5,352 bases of DNA from Amoeboradix gromovi X-113 (Eukaryota; Fungi; Sanchytriomycota), in assembly GCA_018985225.1 (NCBI GenBank), contig JADGIF010000669.1, forward strand, positions 1 to 5,352, read 5' to 3'. The position numbers and the translations under genes were made by a program. The notes beneath the pieces were generated by a model that was given only the letters and a program-made list of their open reading frames with translations, did no database searches and was not told the origin of the DNA. Below, piece by piece: positions 1 to 5,352 of this stretch; position 1 is the first letter of the stretch; every line of letters starts with the position of its first letter.

Positions 1-6
1 TTTTAT

Positions 7-202
7 TTGAAATAAAGATTGGATGAAAGAGTAAGAGAATAGCTGTACAGAATGTTTATTTTCCTTTTATACTCGTCAACTCCGCAACTAGCTGAATGTC
101 CACTCGCCTCTTAAATCCATAAAATTAATAAAGCTGAAATAATGATTCAAACTGTATCAGAAAGTTAGTCCAGTTTTTATATTTGATGTCTCATCTGTTA
201 AA
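7..202 (+). repeat. Left copy of a diverged repeat, inverted relative to 5196..5310
   Basis: Manual alignment: 10..62 matches the reverse complement of 5255..5307 at 48/53, 166..202 matches 5196..5232 at 29/37, and 136..156 matches 5233..5253 at 15/21. The blocks are collinear. Confidence 0.85.
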
Positions 203-283
203 AATCCAAGTTTACCTTGCCTATCTGGGATTTCTGAATTTTTGACTTAATTTACTTTTTAATGTTGATGTCAGCTGTGTTTG

Positions 284-937
284 ATGCGAAGGGGTGTTGG
301 AATAGCAGGTCTAGCCAAGCAGCAAGCTACCAGGGCTCGGTATGCTGAGCAGGGGAATAAATTACAGCAGCAGGAAAAAGAAGAATTAGAAAAACTGCTA
401 GAGGAGCTCAAGCTTCAACTGGAAGCATTTTCCAATGAGCATTTTACAGCAATTACAAAGAATCCAGAACTAAGAGAGAAATTGACGATACTATGCAACA
501 AATTTGATGTAAATATACTTTCAAAAAAAAATATCTTCCATAGCGTACTGGGCAATTTCTATTTACAGCTAAATGTGCTTTTTATACAAATACTGAAGGA
601 GCACCAGATAATGGAGAAGAATGAAATAGCAGAGTTATTGGCATCCAGAACCAAACAGGACATCACTGTGAAGGATTTAGACCAATGCTTAGAGTCACTA
701 AAGCCGTTAGGGCAGATAAATATCATTTCTATAAACAATAAGGAATACGTCAGTAATGTACAAGTAGAACATGCACAGTTGTTAACGAGAAAGTCATGGA
801 CTGAAGAAGAAATAAAATTTACTTTGAATTTAAATGATTTGATCGCAAAAACTTACTTTGATGAACTATTAAGAATCGGAATCGGATGGTTGGATGAGCC
901 AGAAAATCGGATTTATATTGGTAGCACTAAATTTTAA
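284..937 (+). CDS. SNF8: ESCRT-II subunit Snf8/Vps22 (EAP30 family), 217 aa, no intron seen
   Basis: Recognisable family motifs in order: N-terminal MRRGVGIAGL (human MHRRGVGAGAI), LEAFSNEHFTAITKNPELREKL (human LEEFASKHKQEIRKNPEFRVQF), LGNFYLQLNV (GDFYYELGV), QDITVKDLDQCLESLKPLG (QDVSQDDLIRAIKKLKALG) and C-terminal LLRIGIGWLD (LLKEGLAWLD). The start is placed at ATG 284 rather than TTG 281 because the gene is eukaryotic. Stop TAA at 935..937. Confidence 0.93.
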   Translation: MRRGVGIAGLAKQQATRARYAEQGNKLQQQEKEELEKLLEELKLQLEAFSNEHFTAITKNPELREKLTILCNKFDVNILSKKNIFHSVLGNFYLQLNVLFIQILKEHQIMEKNEIAELLASRTKQDITVKDLDQCLESLKPLGQINIISINNKEYVSNVQVEHAQLLTRKSWTEEEIKFTLNLNDLIAKTYFDELLRIGIGWLDEPENRIYIGSTKF

Positions 938-940
938 TTA

Positions 941-946
941 AATAAA
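941..946 (+). terminator. Putative polyadenylation signal AATAAA of SNF8
   Basis: AATAAA lies 3 nt after the SNF8 stop codon. The AT-rich background makes a chance match possible. Confidence 0.45.
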
Positions 947-950
947 ACAT

Positions 951-966
951 TAATTTGGCCAAATTA
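951..966. repeat. Perfect 16-bp palindrome TAATTTGGCCAAATTA
   Basis: The sequence equals its own reverse complement. Function unknown. Confidence 0.6.
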
Positions 967-1050
967 GTTCTATTCTTCGTTTTTCTCGTCTTTTAAAAAA
1001 TGCAGGAAAGAAATTGCGGAAATAAAGCATTTACTTGAAACATTCATGCT

Positions 1051-1499
1051 CTAACACCTGAGTATATTGGAGGTATGGGTAGAAGCTGTCACGGTTCGAG
1101 TTGCACTGTTATTTTCTCTGTGGGAATTCTCGATTTTCATTAAAACAGGATCATAATCAAGACATTGCGTTGCTATCGCTTCCCAAAAGAGTCAAGTTTG
1201 GAATTCCAGCATAAAGTCCATTGACATATTCAACTTGTTCCAGCTCAATGCATAAAAGTCAATATCATCCACGTATTCACGGATAGAAGCCAATTCCCTT
1301 GTGTTGTATAGATACTTGGAATATCCAGGTGTGAGGTATTCTCACTGATGAGTCCCATTCGCATTTGAATATGTGGATTATGACTGACAGCTGTCCACAC
1401 AATACCACTACGTTGACGAATAAAAATTTTGTCAATCACTTGGTTGCGAATAATATTCTCCTTTGCTCTGTCACTAAAATTATTCCACTTGCGTGTGAT
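1051..1499 (-). pseudogene. Disrupted tryptophan-repeat-like protein gene, similar to repeats in large DNA viruses and phages
   Basis: Manual translation of 1499..1323 gives ITRKWNNFSDRAKENIIRNQVIDKIFIRQRSGIVWTAVSHNPHIQMRMGLISENTSHLD. After a frameshift, 1320..1051 gives SKYLYNTRELASIREYVDDIDFYALSWNKLNMSMDFMLEFQT*LFWEAIATQCLDYD... The units of about 24-25 aa fit the pattern FIRExxDxxDWxxISxNxxLSxxF. There is an internal TGA at 1192..1194 and an upstream TAG at 1500..1502. Boundaries are approximate. Confidence 0.55.
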
Positions 1500-1519
1500 C
1501 TAATGCAATGACAGGCGAG

Positions 1520-2215
1520 TTAATCTAGCTTGTAGAGTAGCTCGTGTGCTAGCAAACTTTGCAATGACTTATCCTGTTCCAATTCATATAGCATCGCAAC
1601 GTTATTGGGTTTGCTTATAGGGTTATCCCTGCGACTCAAACTGCCAATAAAGTTGTTAGCTTCTTCTACTGCTTCTGTGTTTTCCCTTCGATGAACTATA
1701 GATTCATAAGATACTGACTTTTGATTTAACTCAGCCATGCAATCTTCATATTTGTTAATAAGCTCTTTAGCTTCATCCTGCGTCCCATCTGTTTCGATTG
1801 TTACGAGTTTTTGCAATTGATTAATTAAAGATTTCAACACTAAAAAGTCACCTGGATTTAGCAATGCCGCTATGAATATAGTTTTGCATTGTTCTTGTAA
1901 TCTGTCAAGACCTTGAATTCTGTTTAATTCATGGACGTTCTTTATGTTAAAATGATATGGATCGCTGCAATAACCTGCATACAATTTTATCCACACTGGA
2001 AACAAGCATATTAATTGAAATGCTGTAAATTCGTAATAAACCAACTCATTTCTAGTGACATACAGGTCAGCTATGTTTAAATAGTTCAAACGAAACAATT
2101 TGTTAACAATACCCTTTATCCTTTTTTTCTCAGTTCTGCTTTTCGCGTGATATCTTACTAGTATATGATAGTAGATATAGAATTCCAATCTGCTTTTAAT
2201 AAAAGACTGGAGCAT
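1520..2215 (-). CDS. Hypothetical protein, 231 aa; may be the 5' part of the disrupted gene continuing into 1499..1051
   Basis: A 696-nt ATG-to-TAA ORF is unlikely by chance in AT-rich DNA, and it does not overlap other genes. No family recognised. Confidence 0.55.
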   Translation of the reverse strand: MLQSFIKSRLEFYIYYHILVRYHAKSRTEKKRIKGIVNKLFRLNYLNIADLYVTRNELVYYEFTAFQLICLFPVWIKLYAGYCSDPYHFNIKNVHELNRIQGLDRLQEQCKTIFIAALLNPGDFLVLKSLINQLQKLVTIETDGTQDEAKELINKYEDCMAELNQKSVSYESIVHRRENTEAVEEANNFIGSLSRRDNPISKPNNVAMLYELEQDKSLQSLLAHELLYKLD

Positions 2216-2245
2216 CCTTGTTACACAATAAAAATGCCGATAAAT

Positions 2246-2255
2246 TTTATTTATT
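2246..2255 (-). terminator. Two overlapping AATAAA hexamers spanning the last codons and stop of PKC1
   Basis: The minus strand reads AAT AAA TAA A (AATAAATAAA), which includes the TAA stop. Confidence 0.4.
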
Positions 2256-4896
2256 CATTACCCATTCGGCTGTGTAGGAAAAGCCCCTAAACTCTCGCTG
2301 ATCGATTTCATCTAAAACATCCTTAACTGGTGTCAACACAGGCAATTGTTTTGTAAATTCCTCATCAAAATTACTTATATCCGCTGGATTACTAATGTTT
2401 GGCATGTAAGGTGGATTGATTGTTTTATTCAGCAATCCCTCCCAGTTCACTTGATCAAAGTATGCCTGACTTTTGATTTCTTTTCCATCTTCAATCCCAC
2501 TTCCTAATCTTCTGCTAGGCTCTTTTGTCAAAAGCTACGTTAATAAATTATACTTTCTGACATATGCTAATGGCTTCCCTGCTCATATTTATAGGGTAAA
2601 CCACTTCATCTTCCAAAATGGATTGGAAGATTTCATCCTCGCCATCTCCTCTAAATGGACTTTGACCCAGAATCATCTCATATATTAACACTCCAAATGC
2701 CCACCAATCAATGCTTTTGGTATAGTTTTGCTCTAGCAATATCTCTGGGGCCATAAACTCTGGAGTCCCACAAAATGTGTTAGTCGTGTCTTGAACGGAC
2801 ATATTCTCTTTGCAAAGACCGTAGTCAGCTATTTTAACGTGACCATCGAGTCCCAACATTATGTTATCTAATTTTAAATCCCTGTAAATTACCTTGTTTA
2901 AATGGAAAAATTCCAAGGCTAGGAACACCTCACATGCATAAAACTTGGCCTGCGCTTCAGTAAATGGTTTTTGTTGTATATGGTACATCAAGTCACCACC
3001 ACTAATGTATTCCATCACAAAATATAGTCTGGTACTAGTTTGAAAACAAGAATGTAAACTAACCAAAAACGGGTGCCTACTATTACTAGCTAGTTGAAAT
3101 ATTCTCTTTTCTGCTTTAATAGAATCTAACTCATCGTTCTCAATCACAAAGTCCTTTTTAAGTACCTTGATAGCGTAAAGTTTTTTCGTAGCCTTTTCCT
3201 CACTTAGCATAACTTTTCCAAAGTTACCCATTCCTAAGACTGCCAGAAATTGGAAATTTTCCAACGTTACTTTAGGTCCTAATGTGAGCAGCTGAGGTAT
3301 ATTAGTATTACTTACAGTTGCAGCATGTTGTTGCTGTTTTACTGCGGGTATTGTTTTAGGTTCAAGTGCTTTTAGTTTCGCTTCCTTGATTAATGCTATC
3401 ATCTCGTATGCTTTTCTTATGCTTAAACCGCACAAGTTAGGTATAATCTCGAAACATTGATCATGCGCACAGACATTACACTCCTTACATTTCCTGGCAC
3501 CCTTTCTGCCTAATGGGAGTAGTAATCCACAATGAGCACACCACGTAGCACTAATTATAGTGGTAGTAGTAAACCTATGAGGTATAAAATGCCTTAGTAG
3601 TTTAAGGTCTTCATTTTCATCAACATCACTCCCTTGAGAAATACATTTAACGAATACACGCGGAGCACATTTCTTATGGCACAAAAATTTACATTCTTGG
3701 CAAACAAGCGCTTGGCTACGGACTCTTACAAACTCCTGGCAAACGCCACATTTGACGACACTAAAGAACTGCTGAGTACTAAACATATGGCCATTGATCT
3801 TGACCTGAACGGCCTTTTGTCGTTTCACAGCGCCTTGCCTACCAATATTTTTAGAGACGTTAGTATCTATACTTATTCGAAGTAATATTTGACCAATAGG
3901 ATCGCAGTCAAACCAAGCCTCAACATAGGTAGGTCCATTGCTATCTTTGCGTTCCTGAAGCTCTTTGAGTTCGCTTGTTTTACCATAGAGTATGCCAACA
4001 TATCTCTTATCTCTTTTATCCTCTTCAACAAGGCAAATTTCAAATTCCTCTACTTTCTCAATTTGCAGCTTTATCTCTTCCTGCACTTTAATAACACCAA
4101 TTTCACCGGTAGGCGAGTTCATTTTGATGCTTTTAACATGTCTGGTCTCTTTTTTAGATGTAGTATCCAATCTGACTTCTACGTAGTAAGATGTAGATGG
4201 CATCAAAAAATGTTTAATGACAGGTGGTAGTCTCACTTGATCAATAAACACAGTAAACAGGCCGCTACAAGGGTGGCTTTTATATTCTGTTGCTACATCC
4301 TCAATAAAGACCCCCTCATATTTAGTCAAACCTTTCTTCAGCATTTCAATTCGGGTCGATTGAAGTCTAGAATCCTTTTCATTGCGAGAACCATTCCCAA
4401 GCACACTCATTTTATCCATTCCTTTACTAATTTGCTGCTCTATTTCATACTTCAAGCCGAGAGTTTTTAACTTGTAAGAAATCTTTTCCTTTGTTAATTC
4501 CATGCCACTAAGCCCATACAAAAGCGAGTATTTTGAAGCCAAGTGTTTTATGTTAGGATCGAGTTCTTCTGGAGGATTCATTTCCATCATTGTAGCAGTA
4601 CTTTTACGGCTCAAGGTTCTTCGTAATGTTGGTTTAGAATTAACCATGGTTAACAAATGCCCAAGACTGGCATTGCTTTCTGCAAGTTCTGAATTTCTAG
4701 CTTGCAAATTATAAGGTTTTAACTCGTTTTGAAGATATTCCACACGCTTATCAATTTCTGCTACCTGCATTTGACAGTTGTTACGCGCATTATCATCCTT
4801 CAGAGTATTTAATAAATTTTCTGCTGCTTGTCGGCATTTCAGTTCAATTTCTAACTTTTTCAACAGCTCTTGAAGCTTGGGATCCATTGCTTCCAT
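2247..4896 (-). CDS. PKC1: Fungal-type protein kinase C; join(4896..2554, 2534..2247), 876 aa (868 aa if 3292..3315 is also spliced)
   Basis: Full fungal Pkc1 domain order is present: two HR1 coiled coils, a C2-like region, pseudosubstrate IGRQGAVKRQK, and two C1 zinc fingers (HMF..CGVC..CQEC..CHKKC..C; HRF..CAHC..CKEC..AHDQC..C). The AGC kinase domain has LGMGNFGKV, YAIKVLKK, YRDLKLDN, DYG, TNTFCGTPEFMAPE and DWWAFGV. Exon 2 supplies LLTKEPSRRLGSG, NFDEEFT, turn motif PVLTP and hydrophobic motif FRGFSY. The start could be ATG 4896 or 4887. Confidence 0.96.
2535..2553 (-). other. 19-nt spliceosomal intron in PKC1 (phase 0): GTATAATTTATTAACGTAG
   Basis: It has GT...AG ends, an in-frame TAA and a branch-like TATTAAC next to the acceptor. 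Removing it joins ISICQK to LLTKEPSRRLGSG, restoring the conserved PKC sequence (xQKLLTREPxxRLGSG) with no gap. Confidence 0.92.
3292..3315 (-). other. Candidate 24-nt in-frame, stop-free intron in the PKC1 hinge: GTAAGTAATACTAATATACCTCAG
   Basis: It has a consensus donor GTAAGT, branch motif TACTAAT at intron positions 9-15 and a CAG acceptor. It is phase 0 and would encode VSNTNIPQ if retained. It lies in a non-conserved linker, so protein homology cannot confirm it. Confidence 0.5.
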
Positions 4897-5195
4897 ACTT
4901 ATTAAATTTGTGTTTCAAGGAGTGAAGATATCTGGTTTCCAACTGAATTCTAACATAACACAGGCACAAGTGTGATTCTTGTATACTTGCAAGGCTTGAA
5001 TCAATGCAAGTTGGATTAAAAGATAAAGAAAAATCCACAAGTATTTATTTGAGACTTCCAAGTATAAAAAATGGAGAGTCAAAAACTTCAATAATTTCCT
5101 AGTTATTAAACAACCCAAACAGGAAAACATTAAGCACAAAACTAGATCAGGTGTTTGCTAAAAGGAGTCTCATAAGATTAAGAGCAATAAATTTA

Positions 5196-5310
5196 TTTAA
5201 CAAATGGGACATGCTCTGTAAAAACTAGACTAGACAATTTGTATCGAAATTTCAAAAATAAACAGTCTGTATAGCTATTCTTTTACCCTTTCATCCAGTC
5301 TTTATTTTAG
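5196..5310 (-). repeat. Right copy of the diverged repeat, inverted relative to 7..202
   Basis: Same alignment as the left copy. This copy lacks 72 nt and 9 nt present in the left copy (64..135 and 157..165). Confidence 0.85.
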
Positions 5311-5352
5311 AATTGCAGGATAACTATTGACTTTATGATTTCAAATACAATT

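Noticed and set aside
225-247. Possible further repeat block (TGAATTTTTGACT vs TGAAGTTTTTGACT near 5077..5090, minus strand)
   Set aside because: It is collinear with the other blocks but too short and T-rich to distinguish from chance.
1245-1439. 64-aa ORF as a stand-alone gene
   Set aside because: It has a GTG start and is better explained as a fragment of the frameshifted repeat pseudogene.
1051-1570. Tiny introns as the explanation for the frameshifts and stops in the middle gene
   Set aside because: The GT...AG candidates I tested (e.g. GTCATTGCATTAG, GTGAGA...CCAAG) lack a branch motif, fail to restore the frame or leave stops in place.
2247-2531. Separate 94-aa ORF starting at TTG, and a PKC1 stop at 2548..2550
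   Set aside because: This ORF is exon 2 of PKC1, and the apparent stop lies inside the 19-nt intron.
3839-3872. Intron-like GTATAGA-TACTAAC...GTAG (34 nt, minus strand) with a perfect branch consensus
   Set aside because: Removal would shift the frame, and the unspliced translation (RISIDTNVSKNIGRQGAV) runs properly from the C2-like region into the pseudosubstrate. It also shows that such motifs can arise by chance, which tempers the 24-nt candidate.
2473-4714. Plus-strand ORFs 2473..2688, 3634..3885, 3889..4230, 3992..4186, 4237..4470 and 4502..4714
   Set aside because: They are antisense shadows of PKC1 with no recognisable motifs.
284-4896. Host-wide reassignment of TAA/TAG to Gln or TGA to Trp
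   Set aside because: SNF8 and PKC1 have about 1,090 codons with no in-frame stop, use CAA/CAG for Gln, and end at TAA where the homologous domains end.
4844-5139. Minus-strand ORFs 4844..5038 and 4915..5139 as genes or upstream PKC1 exons
   Set aside because: They are short, start at non-ATG codons and have no recognisable product. PKC1 already begins with a complete HR1 domain at 4896.
1-5352. Prokaryotic systems, CRISPR arrays, tRNA/rRNA genes, transposase
   Set aside because: No spaced direct repeats, recognisable RNA genes or transposase motifs were seen, and the gene content is eukaryotic.

Overview
AT-rich, gene-dense eukaryotic (fungal-type) DNA, not prokaryotic. It has two housekeeping genes pointing toward each other: ESCRT-II subunit SNF8/VPS22 (+, 284..937) and a compact fungal-type protein kinase C, PKC1 (-, join 4896..2554 and 2534..2247, 876 aa). 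The PKC1 kinase domain can only be completed by removing a 19-nt GT-AG intron (2535..2553). A second, stop-free in-frame 24-nt candidate intron (3292..3315) has its branch-point motif at the same offset, suggesting a miniature-intron splicing system in this lineage. Between the two genes are an orphan ORF (-, 1520..2215) and a decayed tryptophan-repeat-like, possibly virus-derived reading frame (-, about 1051..1499). Both ends of the window carry diverged copies of one sequence in inverted orientation (7..202 and 5196..5310). The copies differ in a codon-like way in a frame with four shared TAA/TAG codons. All calls are by eye; no searches were run.
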